A DNA stretch of 64,000 nucleotides from Dipteris shenzhenensis. Its lineage: Eukaryota. Positions 37,070 to 50,700 of this stretch are shown here, piece by piece. Position numbers and translations under genes: made by a program. The DNA is taken from NCBI GenBank assembly GCA_047967505.1, contig CM106538.1; one strand, written 5' to 3'. The notes under the pieces were generated by a model that worked only from the letters and a program-made list of their open reading frames with translations, searched no databases and had not been told where the DNA came from. Position 1 is the stretch's first letter. Each line of letters begins with the position of its first letter.

Positions 37070-40000
37070 CTGGAAGCGAATTTTTCTACCACCAGCTAGG
37101 TGTGGCTACTACACGGTAAATACCTTTCACCACATGGCATTTTAAGATACCACACAGTACTTCACTAATAGCACATGCAGGTAATTATACAAACCACGTG
37201 GTACTTCATTAATACCTCACGGTAATTATAGATACCACACAGTAACTTACTATTACAACGTGTTTTGTCTTTTTTAAGGTTTTGAAAAGTCATTAATGTT
37301 TACTATTGTTTCTAGGGTTTTCAGCCCTTCTGAGCTCATTTCTAGTGTCAAAAAGTCAAAGTTATGGATTTATCATAAGTTTTGGTTTTTAATTTATTTT
37401 TAATTATGTATGTAAGGGATTTTGTGTGTAGTAGACATTTACAACACCCCTTTCCATAGTACACTACATGAGCTTCTTGTTCGTCAACCCAAGGACACAC
37501 CTAAATGAGAACATTAGGCATGGATTAATGGGCCTCCAATGTTGTGCTAAAGTGATGCACACCTATTTTGAGGGCACGCTCCATAACATTTTTTTTAATT
37601 TGTTGAAAACCATAACAAATTGAAATTTTGGAATCTAAACTAGTGAAACTACTGCATGGTGGTCTTAAAACATTGATAGTTATTGGTATTGGTATCTAGA
37701 TTCACCCTAAAATGGAAGAAGTTGAAAATGTGTAATTTGTGCATGTGCAAAGATCTTTTAATAAATCCAACACTATTTATAATTTTAAATTATTTATTTT
37801 TCCATGCACTTGCTTGCTATATGGCTCATAAGCATGCCAAAGGTCATTGCATTTCATAATACATAGCATTAAACCCGATAGCATGCCCTTTGGGAGCCCT
37901 TTGGACTATTTGTGTTTTGAAGCATTTGAGGCCACATTGCTTTTGTTTGGGATATTATCCAATTCTATTGATGTGTATTGTCGGAGGGATGAAACCGATG
38001 GCTGAAAATTTTGCTACTCCCACAAATTTCAAATTTTCATACCTCCCTTGGGCAGATTAAGTACCTACAACCTACCCCTGCCCTGCAACTCGCACGAGCC
38101 TCAATGTGACCTTGTGCCATCTTTGGTTTGGCATTGTCATGTTCTGGGTAAGTTGTCTTCTATTCTTTGCTTGCCTCACAAGCTAGCTTCTCTCTATTTT
38201 GGTTTGGCATTGTCATCTTTCATTGATCATTTCCTTGGCACCGTGTAGCTCACCATGGCGTGTAGCTCACCATGGCTTGCAAGAGAAGAAGACAGAGGCA
38301 CTGATATAGGAAAGATGAAAAGCTTAGTCAAGGCACAAGGACAGATTGCGGGTCGAGGAAAGAAACAGCACAGTATCAAAACAACAACGAAAGGCAAGTT
38401 TTGCAACACTTGCAAAGGCAGAAACAACGAGAAGAAATAAGACTCCTTACAGCGTAGCAACAGGAAGCGGTTATAGATGCATGCATTCAATCATTGACAT
38501 TAGAGAAAAGAACACAAGCTGTGAAGCAATAGCCATTTAGGTGAATACCAATCTCGATTCTTCATAAGCTTTTTCTTGCACCCTAAAGTTTGTAGAGTGA
38601 CAACCCTACCAATACGTCGGGAGATGCACGTAGAGCGGAAGCAATGCCCAATCATCTCGATCCGAGCAGTCAACAAAATGCAAGAAAAGGAGAGACAACC
38701 TAAGTGCAAAAGTCATTACAATAGTGATGATGTTTTGGCATTTATCCAAATAACAAGGACATCTATAGAAAGTAGATGGGATGCAAGATGCTTGACGAGC
38801 ACATCATACACATGCTTGATACAATGTAGGTCAGTGATTGCCTAAACCATCCTGGTGGTTGTTTGTGATTGAGCTTTGGGATAGTTTACTTGTTTCATTT
38901 CTTGATACAACACAAGTCAATGGTTGCATGTATGTACGTTGCTCTACTGAAGAAGAGGCTCATACAAATGACAAGGTATAGCAACCTATCAAACCTGTGT
39001 GCTCAACTTTCATGAGTTGAAGGTCGTCTATTGTTTGCATGGATAAACATCCATCGGCATAGGATGTAGCATCTATCATAGGCTCATAAAGAAGGAGCTA
39101 ACAGTGTAAAGGCCTAGAAGCCTGAAATATCACTAAGATAGCGTAAGATATCCCTAAAGCATTTCAAAGAGGTTTAGCTCCATCAGGTCCGCGCGTGACA
39201 ACTGCTCTACTGTCATGTGGCTATAGCTACCTGATGCCTTATATTGGGGCATGCTGCAAGATTGTAAGGCCTGTGCTAGGCCTGCCCATGGAGTGGAACA
39301 AGTGCCAGTGGCAAAGGATGTTGTCTCTTGAGGGGTGGTGGAGACTGAGACATAGGGCACAGCGGGGGTGGTCGGCGTAGCTTCGCCTCTTGTATGGCTC
39401 TTGTATGGAGACCTATGTCAATTGTCTCATCGCCCTGAAGATCTTCAATGAGAATAGGCTCCACTTGAACCTATTTGCCCTTGCCTTGAGGATCCGCTCA
39501 CTGGAGACGCAGTTGTTGATGCATGAACTCGTGCAACTGGCAGTCCTCATATTGAGCGAGCAACTGACTTGTGTTCGGTTGCATATGAATTACCGGAGTG
39601 ACACTAGGCATTGTCGTTGCTCTCTTGGGCTTCACCTCTGTTTCTTCTTGCTCGGTCTGTATTGGGCCGGTGGTGGATTCTCTGCTAGGCCGAAGTCGAC
39701 TGGCAGATGCTAACTCTTTAAGTAATAGAGGACCGACATGTATAGCATGGGATTGCCGATAATATCCTCGTGGGTGCTGAGATCGTCTCGCATTTGGCTG
39801 GAGAAGTAGTCAGCCCAGTTTGTCTCTTGGAACTCCACCATTCGCAGCAAGATATTGGGGACAATGGGAGTTGAGTGCCTCCACCACTGCTAGGTCCTGG
39901 AAAGTTGCGTATGCTGCCTGTGCTTTATGGTAGTGGAGGGTGTAGTTGCAGCCCTCGTATGCAAAGCGCAAGTGTATCACATAAGCATTTAGTTCTTGGA

Positions 40001-42230
40001 GCCATGCTTCTCCAAGTGGCGGGTGTTTGGAAGTGTACGACCTTGTACTCGGCTTGCGATTGGCACTGGGGTGCGCTTTCATGTCCTCGAGCGAGGTGTG
40101 CCTGCCATAGTTGGATCTTCTTGAGTGGCCTGCCTGGTGGAAGTTTCTTCGCCTTGTAAGTCTTCCAAGGGTATCTTGGCCAACATGTGGATTGTGGCAG
40201 ACGGAGTGCTTTGGGAGTCTGATGGGCCAATGGCCTCTAGGTTAGGGTGAGGGTGGAGTCCGAGGTCTGTTTCGAACTCGAAGAAATTGTGCTCAATCAC
40301 CATCGAAAATAGTGATGGAACTGAGTGATGAGGGAATCGGTGGAGGAGGAGGAGCAGGAGGACATAAACTTGATGTTTAGATTGTAGTGGAAGGGGGTAG
40401 GAAATTGTTAAATTTCTGGGCAAATTTTGCAAGAGTTCTAGGGCAACTACTATGGCGATGACTTGGAGGGGTAAGCCTGCTTATATAGATTTCCTATCCC
40501 CTGGATCGGCGGGATACAATTATGGCAGTGGTCGGTGCTAAAAATTGATGGCGCGGTAGTTGGTGGGATGTGGCCAAGGCCACGACTGGCATGATACGAG
40601 ATGAAGACAGGTGGTGCGATCTACAATGGCGACCAGTGGTGGTGTCTTTCCTTGATGTCGATCGGTGGAATGTTGGGATCGCAACGGTCGATGGGATACT
40701 TCTAATGCGACGATTGGCATGATTTGTCGATGGCGATGGTCGGCAAGATGTTGGGATCATGACGGTCGGCACGGTACTTCCTTGGCGACAGTCAGTGGGA
40801 TGTTGGGATCACGACAGTCAGTGAGATACCATTATGGCGACGAACCGACGGGGTACTTGATTGTGTAAAAGTGAAAAAGAAAGAAAGAGTGGTGTGTGGG
40901 GGGGGGAAAAGGGTAATTGAGCAGAGTGCACTTGTGCAATGCAGACATGATAATGAGTTCAGCGTGCAAGATCATGAACGCATGCAAAAATGCAAAAATG
41001 GATTCTAATCACCTACTACTAACCGTGTGTATGCGTGCAGTGTGTTCGGTAGGGACTAGTGGGCTATGGGTGTGTCGGGTGAGATGCAATGATTATGATG
41101 AATGCAGTGAAGGTGGCCATCATACTACGGCATAGCATCATGTAAGGAGCCATGTAGAGTACGTGTCCAACTTATTCTTTACCTTAGATGCCAGGGGCAC
41201 ATTTGTGTCAGACTTCGTTGTTGCCGCATGGTCCATCTTCTTGGGAGAAGTTACCTTTTGTGAGTCCACCCGTGGGGCTGACCCTTGCTTTCGTGAGTAG
41301 GACGGTACCATTGGAGGGGGTACATTCGCCACCATTACCTTCAAGTGTTCGCTGCCAGAGGGAGGTTCTTATGTAACTCTTCATGGGGGGAATTAGGTTC
41401 CTGTGGAGTTCCTCGGCTGGTTGTGGTGATACTTGTGTTGAGTTGGACCACCCGTGGCACTAGTGCGTATTGGTACCTTGAAGCTAGCCTACTTTGTTTG
41501 GTGTATCAGTAGGTTCTTGTGGTACTATACCTTGGGAAGACACAGGTTCTTGTGGTGCTGCCTTCGATGCCTTTAGGGTTTGCACTGTCGACTTTTGGAC
41601 CCAAGCGACTTTCTTGCCGTGGCCCTCAAGCGGGTGGTGTTGATCGAATTGTTGGCAGTGTGTGGCGGTGGATGAGGCAGGAGCGTGGGTGAGCAGTGCG
41701 GCTTTGTTCTGGTAGTGGATGGGTTCAAAGGAGGCTTTCTTGGGGTGACCAAAGCTGTCATTGCTACCTTACCATTCTCTAGGAGTCGCATCTGATTAAA
41801 GTGATGTTGGACACAGAGGATAGCATCTTGTACTTGCAGCTCTCAGATTACTTGGGTGGAGGATGGTGCGGTCGGTCGAGCAGGCAATGGCATTGGTTTA
41901 CCACTGCTAAGACTTTTTTTCTCCTTTCGAGCTAGGACTTTAAGTGGGGTGCTAGTGGAGGCTGGGGCTTCCGGTCTGCCTTGTTGTGTAGCTTCATTAT
42001 CGTGGATCAGTGAGGTTGGAGCTGATGAGGGGGGGCTTGGTCCACATAGCGGAACTACCACCGTTTGGCCACCATTGGTGAGCGAAGCAGTTTGGGTGCA
42101 CTAGTCGATTTGACCGTTGATGGCATAGCACCATGTTTGTCCTAGTATAAGCTGTTTGGTGAACCATTAGAATTAGATTTACATAACCCAAAGTTTATAG
42201 GAGTTGGCCATTTACAGAAATATATCTGTT
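37070..42230. other. Unclassified, probably transposon-derived decayed sequence
   Basis: accacacggta-like motif cluster at about 37085-37250, tgttgggatc...gtcg repeats at about 40670-40820 and broken minus-strand ORFs. No domain recognised. Confidence 0.3.
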
Positions 42231-44683
42231 GGCAATGAAAACTGAAAATTGAAATACCTTGTAACTTGTTGAATTTAGAAACTATGTTATGATTGGGGAA
42301 ATTGATAAGCAGTTATTTTCTTGGATTCCCGATTAGAGATTCAGCTAGAATTTATGATCTTGGATTCTCGATTAGAAATGCAGCTAGAGTAATTAGATGG
42401 AATTCTTCTTGGTCGGTGATTCTCTTTGCTACACCCTTAAGCATTAACATGAATGAAAATACAGTCATGATGAAACATTGGCTGCCAGGGGCCTTTCAAA
42501 GCTTTGACAAAGAATCTTGAGTAGCGGAGATTTACCTTTGACAGTGCAAGCCATTTTTTGGTATCATCTGCAAAATTCTTGAGAACCCCCTGTTTGTAAT
42601 GGGAGAGTATTTTGACAGCAGTACCTCCTTTGACCTCCTCATGTTAAGGTGTAACACTACTCTCTTTCCTTGTTGTGATGGCTTTAATCCTTGCCTTAAG
42701 GGTACTATTTGTTACCTTGACCTCTTGTAGGGCCAAAAAGTAGGTGAAAGAGAATTTTCTCTCAGCTAACTAGCTATAACTCCCCTCTTGAGGGTTTAAT
42801 TAACCCACACACATTTAGTGTGAGGAAAGAAATAGGCTTACTCACCAATTTCTTTTGCTCCTTTTTGACCTCGGGGTTGGGGCTCTTAGCATGGGCTGAG
42901 GCTTCTTTGACCTGGGGTAATATCCTCTTATTTTGTATCTGGGGGGTGCACTATTAAGAAACCTAGATACCATGTGCATTCAAGGTGTATTTTAAAAACC
43001 CCTTACCTGTGAATTTTTCTTGGATAAAAATACCCCTTTTTCTATACAAACTTATAGGATTTTTTCAAAGTTCAAATTAAAAATCCCATATGTAAATACA
43101 TTTTTCTAAATTCGCCTAAAGTTTTTGAATTGAAAAGCCCCTCCATTTGAACCCACGTTTTATAGATACATATTTCTAGGTGAATCCCCAGGGATTCCAT
43201 ATGACTACCAGAGCTTTTCCCTGCATAGTCATGTCTTTCTCAAATTGAGGAGGTATAGGAAGGTCTTCTTTTGAGTCATATTCATTATCCCATATCAACA
43301 TCTCATCTGTCTTAGCAATGTCTTCTTCAAACTCTTTAGACCAAGCACTCTCAACCTCCTCCTTGGGATTCTCAAGCATCTTCTCCTCTAGGTCTTGATC
43401 CACAGGGTTTTTTGAAACAATAGAAGGCTCGCCTTTTCTTTCAAAATTCTTCTTTTTGCCAATACTTGGAGTAGACTGATCTTTTGGGATATTGGTATGC
43501 AAGTTGTCTGGTTTTGAGAGGTTTTGCATGTGGGGTGTCAACCTTAGAATCCACCTTTCATTAGGATTTGTGGGAGGAGATGCAGGAGAAAGCTTGTGGA
43601 TTTGGCCTTCTTAAGAGGACAATTGTTAACTAGGTGGCTTGTAAGGCCACATAGAAACAAGAATTAGGGAAGTTCTTGTAAACAAGAGACTTCTCTCTAA
43701 AACTTCCCCTCTCCTGTTAAGTAGGAAAAGAGTGTTGGGTTACAATTCTTTAGCTAAATCAAGCTTAACTTAGACTTGAGGATTACTATGGGGATTAATG
43801 ACTATTTTCTATCTACCCTCACAATTTCCCCTAGCCAACTATAGAGAGAATCTGCTTTTGATAGCACAGAAGATTGGGTCAGTCTACCCACACTAGAAGT
43901 TTGGTTGACAAAGATCATCTAGGCTAACCTTGGTCTCCAAGCCTCTAGGTACAAGGGCTAGTTCACTGAAGTAGAACTTGGGCCATAGAATTGCAAACTC
44001 AAGGGGATTTGGGCACTCGCCCATGTGAGTGGAAGCTTGGCTGTAGTTCCCAAGGGGTTTTGGGTGCTCGCCCATGTGAGTGGCTACCCACATCCACCTG
44101 CAACTTTTTTGAAAGCTGCAACCAAGCTTCCAATGCATGGGACTAAATCTACTACTCAGATTCATCCAATAATTCTCCATGATCAATAACAACTGAGATA
44201 GTTTTACTTGAACCAGCAGAGCTATTCGTTCATGAAGACTTATTGCCTTGGTTCTAAATGATTCATGGACTCTCTAGTGCTCATTGTCCTCCTCTTGAGG
44301 CTCCTTCTGAGGCTCCTCTTGAGGAGGCTAGTTTTCTTGGTGTTGGTCTTCTACTGCCGGTATTTTTGGAACTCTATGCACCACCCTATTCGGTCTCTAT
44401 TCTTTAGCTTTCTCCTCCCTTCGTATCCCAAGTTCTCTATTGTCGATGGTACAACAACTATTGAAATTGGTTTACCTTTGCAGAAGGGTATTCTAAAAGA
44501 ACCTCTTTCTGATTTTTGTATTGTGCTCACATAAAAGGCGTGAGATTTAGTACCTTGTAGAGCCGAGCCTGATGCATGTTCTTCGGGGTTCTCAGCATCA
44601 TCACCAAATCTTGGGTATCCATTACCCATAGAGGCTCCACCACGTCCTGTAAAGGAGCCTCCTCTTCTAATACTTCTCCTTGA
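42230..44683 (-). mobile_element. L1-type LINE relic (ORF1 and start of the ORF2 endonuclease); its 5' part continues beyond 56836
   Basis: Minus-strand zinc-knuckle remnant FLCGLTSHLVNNCP (about 43615-43660) and APE N-terminus FLTLNV...ALQEVK (about 42715-42830). Heavily mutated. Confidence 0.7.
42938..43193. mobile_element. MITE of the same TIR family, 256 bp, degenerate
   Basis: Ends tctggggggtgcac and gtgaatccccaggg. The flanks attttgta and attccata differ only by transitions (eroded 8-bp TSD). Confidence 0.6.
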
Positions 44684-44757
44684 CACTACAAGGCATAGGC
44701 CCTTTTCTGACAAAAATACCGACGCTTTTTACATTAATTTTTTTTTTTAACGGGCGC

Positions 44758-47700
44758 TATTAGCTAGAAAAGAAATCAGGACAAGAGGCTAGACACTAAG
44801 CATGGCGACGCTCAAGGGCCATAGAGCAAAGGAGAACATGAGGGCAAAACATCATCATGGGAGGGGAAATGGGATTAGAAGGGGAGGGAATGAAGAGGGA
44901 GACTATGGCACAAGGGGAAAGGAAGAGGGGGGAGAGAAGCATGTACATGATGGAAGGAGGAATGTAAAGATGGAAACATCAAGGGAAGAGGGCCACGCTT
45001 TATTTGAAAGGAAGGGAAGGGGGAAATCAAAGTACTAGCTAGGTGGCTTTACAAAGAATGAGCGTGTCTCATCAAGGAATAGCCCCCTCCTTTTATAGCC
45101 AAGAGAGGGGGTCTCTCCCAATAATTGCATCCTCTCACATGCATGGTGTGTGTGGAAAAGTCTCCCATGTGGGCTAGGCAGTTACGCACTCTCAATTGTG
45201 TGCGACAACCCTTTGCCTCATTTTTCCACATAAATCAAGCCCCATATCTCAAGTCTATGATACTCCCTTGGTCTCTCCTTAATTTTATAATACGTTCAAA
45301 CCTCTAGGAGGACAAGTGGAGGGTTGGCACAAGAAATCTTGCCACCTCATCCTACTTTCCCCATTATTTAACTTGCATTCTTGGACCTTCTATACCTCCC
45401 CCACATGGGCCTATCCTACATGAAGGGAATAATCCAATATGATATACATCTCCACCTATTTTATATTACTTCTCCCATGGACTTTGGGCCATATCTCACT
45501 CAATGCAACCTAGGTGGAGGGGTGGCACATGGGCGCCATGCCACCTTACATTTTATAATATTACTACCATGGATTATGTACATCACACCTTATGGGTCCT
45601 CTTATGTGGAAGGGTGGCACATGGTCATGCCCTGCCACCTCAACCTTGGGCCCTATGCACACCATATTTTATTATACTATTGCCACACATACAAGCACAC
45701 ACACATATTTATGCCTTTTTTCCTTAGACAAATTTATCCATAACAGTTCCCCCCCCAGGCAGGGAATGCACAATATTTCCATGCCTGGGTCCATCACGCA
45801 CAAATAAGGACTTGAGGTAGTGCTTGTTGATCACCTTCTTGCCATATGGCTCATGCAGCTCTTGAACTTGTACAGACCCATTGCTACTTCTTATCCATTT
45901 GGTGGTCCAATCTATTATCAAAGCATAGCACAACATCCCCCTCAGCAAAGTATCTTTCCCATCCCTTGTGAATCTTAGCATCCAAGCGAGCCTTTTGTCG
46001 ATTCTTTTGGATCTCTGTTTGGTGTAGTGCAAGGCGTCAAGTTTCACCTAACTTCTCAAGTTGTACCAATCTGGCCTCTACATGTTCATCTTCTATCATC
46101 CTCTGTTCTTATGCCAATCTCAAGGCCGGAATCTCTATCTCTAGTGGTAAAATTGCCTTAGTACCATACACCAACTCAAAAGGAGTGTCACTTGAAGACA
46201 TTTTATGAGTGATGTTGTAAGCCCACACGGTTTTAGTGACCTTCTGATCCCACTGGCTCCTGTTCCCTATGGCCATTTTTCCCATGGTTTTACAAAGGAG
46301 GCCACTGGTCTGCTCTGTTTGACCCATGGATGCTGGATAATAGATGCTAGAAGTGCGATGATCAATACCCATGCGATTCATGAGTAACTCCACTACTTCA
46401 TTTAAGAATGGAATCCCATGGTCAGAGACTATTTCCATGGGTGTCCCAAACCTTGTGCAGATACGTTCAAATATGAAATTTGAAACTGCCTTACCATTTG
46501 CAGCAGGGAGGGCAATAGCTTCAACCCACTTAGTGACATACTGAGTGGCCACCAAAAGATACTTCTTTTTGCCGGCAGTCATGGGCAAGGGCCCCGACAC
46601 TATTTCCATGGGTGTCCCAAACCTTGTGCAGATATGTTCAAATATGAAATTTGAAACTGCCTTACCATTTGCAGCAGGGAGGGTGATAGCTTCAGCCCAC
46701 TTAGTGACATACTGAGTGGCTACCAAAAGATACTTCTTTTTGTGGGCAGTCATGGGCAAGGGCCCGACAAAATCTATTCCCCACTTCTGAAATGGATGGA
46801 TGGACATCACTAAGTGATGTTGCCTAGGATGCAAATCCTTCCTAACAAAGAATGGGCATGGTTCACAGGTTTTGCAATACAAAGTGACATCCTTGAACAG
46901 CGTCGGCCAATAGTATCCAGCATGTAAAATCTTCTTAGCTGTATAGTCACTGGCATAGTGGCCTCCACAAAATCCATCATGATAATGCTTCAATACCTTA
47001 GGCACTTCATCTGCGTCAATGGCCCATTTTAGTACCCCATCCATGCCTTGACGGTATAACACCCCATCAAAGAGGGTGTAGCGCCTACCATCTCTGCAGA
47101 TCTTCTTTCTCTCATAGCTAGTACTTTTGGAGGAAAGGAGAAAGTAGTCAGAAACCTATAGATACCACCATACCATGGATCCCCAACTTCTATGGCCGCT
47201 ACAAGGGTTACATCAAGGCACTCCTCTAAATCAATCAAAGCATTCTTCAAGTTGGAACAACCCCCTTTTACAATTTTGAAAGAAAAATCATATTCTTGTG
47301 AAACTGCCAACCATTTGGCCAACCGGCCCATGGGGTTTGATGATTGAAGAACTTGCTTTGCAAGACCAGTGCTACTGAGTATAATGAAGGACTTTCCAGC
47401 CACATAATGCTTAAATTTCTCAATGCAGAATGCCAAAGACAAGGCATGCTTGTCAACCTCTGAATAGCATCGCTCAGTGTCGAGCAATTGTGGAGAAGCA
47501 AATCGAATGGGATACATGAACTAATCCTCCCCTTGCTGAAGAAGAATGCCTGCCAGAGTGTGCTCACCAAACCCAAGATTGATATAGAAAGACTTTGACC
47601 AATCTGGATTGCGTGGAATGGGTTCTGAAGCCAGAGCATTCTTGATTTTTTCAAACCCATGATCACAATCCTCATCCCAAGAGAAATCAGCCCCATCTTT

Positions 47701-50700
47701 TAATAGCATCATCATGGGTCGTGTCAAAGTAGCATATTGATCAATGAAGCGACGATAGTATCCTGCTGGATTGACAAATGAATGTATCTGATGTTTGGTT
47801 GTTGGTGGGGAGAGCCTGAGGATGGCTTCTATCTTCTCGGGGTCAGGCAGGCTTGATGCACTTAGATGAGACAATATGTCCTAGTAACCTCCCTTGAGTG
47901 GCTCCAATGGTGCATTTCTCAGGGTTGAGACTGCCATTCGCATCATTGACCCTTTGGAAGGCCAACCTTCATGACGTGCCCCTTACGTGATGAGAATATA
48001 CAAAAATCATCTAAAAACACCTCTAAGAAATCCCCCAAATAAGGAGCAAATAGCATCTGCATAAATCTTTGAAAGGTAGTAGGAGCATTGCTGAGGCCAA
48101 ATGGCATTACTTTGAATGCAAATGTCCCCCAAGGTGTGGCAAATGTGGTTTTAAGCACATCTTCTTCAGCAATTCTGATTTGATAAAACCCGAAGTAACC
48201 ATCATAGAAACCATACATCTCATGACCACTTACCTTCTCAAGAATGAGGTCTTGAAAGGGCAGAGGATGGTGATCCCTCTTGGTGGCCGCATTGAGTTTC
48301 TTATAGTCGATGCAAACCCGCCACTTGTTGTATTTCTTTAGGGTGACTACCACTGGTGAAACCCATTCAATATTGTGAACCGAAACAATAAACCCAGTTT
48401 CTAAAAGTTTCTATAACTCTGAGCACAAAGCATCAGTCTGTAGGGGCCCTAATCTCCGATACTTTTGAGCCACAGTCTTTGCATTAGGCTTTAGCTCTAT
48501 CTTGTGTTCTATGGCAGTCACATGGCGAAGGTGGTGGTAGCTATTTGCGAAAAGGTCAGGGAAATCTTTGAACATTTCTAGGAACTCATCTTTCTCACTT
48601 GGAGTGAGGTCTGGGGAAAGCATAGATTCAAGTTGTTGAGGACTAGCTGCTACCTTTTCTATAGGTGGTGGGGTTGGAGACACCCCCATCATGTAAACTT
48701 CCTCATCTAAGAACTCCTCCCCCCCATCTGATCCTTCCATTGATTTAGACACCAAGGATGAGAGAGTATCACTGTCTTGCTCCTCTTCTTCTTCTGGTTC
48801 CGTGGCACCTAGTTGCACCGAGATCTTCTCCTTAGAAGCACCACAAGACATGTGTCCTATCTTCCAATAGCTGACTACATCACTCTTTCTCAACCATGGT
48901 CTCCCAAATATGGCTAGGTAACTCCACTACATAGAAATTGACGGTGGTGATCAACCCATTGACAGTGATGGGCAAATCCTCAATGACTCCCAGGGTGGCG
49001 AGTCGTCGACCATCTGCTACCTTAATTCGAGTGGAGGAATGCCTTGTGCATTTCAAATTCAATTTCTTCATGATTCGGGGCACCATGATATTACATGCAG
49101 CTCCCCTATCAACACACACACTTTTGACACGGCAATTATCTATGATGACATCTACTGTATGTGGGTGCCGATCAATTTCTTCAGAGATAGAAGATACCTC
49201 TCATACCTTTCCCTTTTTCTTGCTCTTCCTTGTTCAGATCCCTTGCTGCAACTCACGTCTCACCTTAGGGCTTAATGCTATTAGTTGAGGGAGCGTGATG
49301 CTCAAAGACCGATGAGCAAGGTCCTAAATGACCGAATAGTCCTCTTGCCCTGAGCCGATGGGAAATTTCAAGGGCGACCACTTACTCCTGCGGGATCTTT
49401 TAGTCTTCACTATTGGTGGGTCTGCCATCTCAGCATCTGAGGGCTATGAGAAGGACAGTTCTTCTTGGGGCAGCCTGGTCCATGGTTTGGAGAGGGGTCC
49501 GAGGTGGTACAACTTCTTTTCCCGAGGTCAAGGATCTCTACGTCAGAATCCTCAGTGCCTGATTTACTCAAAAGATTCACCCTTGGAATATTGGGACATT
49601 CCGTGCGATAATGACCCTTCTGGTGGCACTCGTAGCATACAACATTAGCATGGTCTCTTGGAGGGTGGATGGCTTGATTTTTGATGCCCACCATCTCAAG
49701 CCGAAGATCATTCAGGGCCTTGGCTAGCTCATTGACTCCGGGTTCTTTTGCAGGGGGGGCCTCTTTAGCTGGAGGGGTCGAGGGAGTAGAAAGGAGGGGG
49801 GCTCACTGGCGAGGTTGGGGAAATCTTTGAGGTAGAGGGTGAGAATATACACCTTGTTGAGGGTAAGCATCTAAGGGAGGACCATACATTTGAGGTGGAG
49901 GCGGTGGATACATCCTTGATGGGGGGTGGGAGTATGCCTCTGAGTTAGACCCCCCAGGTGGTTGTTGCAAGAATTGAGGGGGTTGCAGATGGACAATCAT
50001 CTTCTTTGAAGTGGGGTCAGATTGAACTTTAGCAAACTTTTGAGCAATCTCATGTGCTAGCACCATAGTTTCTGGATTCTCCCATTTAAGCTTGAGGCGG
50101 AATTCATCACTTGCTCCTACTACAAGGTAGCCCAACACATGCTGAGTCATTCTAGCTCGAAATCCGGCATTGTCCTCCTGCATGACAATTAAACGGTCTA
50201 GGAGCACAGCCGCTCGATCCACATATCGACGCGCCATCTCACCTTCTCATTGCTTCAAGTTTGTCACCTGCAGGTACACATTCTCTGGCTCTTCTTTGCT
50301 GAAATACTCAATCATCACTGCTGTCAACCTTGGCCAGCTTTGGCAAACATCGTTGGCCTACTTCTCATACCACACGAGCCAAACCCTCTAGAAATCTGGA
50401 AAGAACCAACAGCCATCTGTCTTCAGTAAGAAAGTTGAGAGAAACACAACGGCACTTGAAGGCCACAAGATACTCATTTGGATTTTCTTCAACCCATCCA
50501 CAAAACACAGGAATGTCAGCCATGCTTGGAAAATGGAAAAGAGAGACGAAATGAGGCTTATCTATGGGCAAACAATGGAAAGAGGTAGCTTGAACTGAAA
50601 ATCAGGTGAAGATACATCCACAAAGCACACATACGCAGGGTAGGGTGTCACTGGTGTATTGTGAAATACTACCCGGGAAGAATTTTCAGCATAGAATAGC

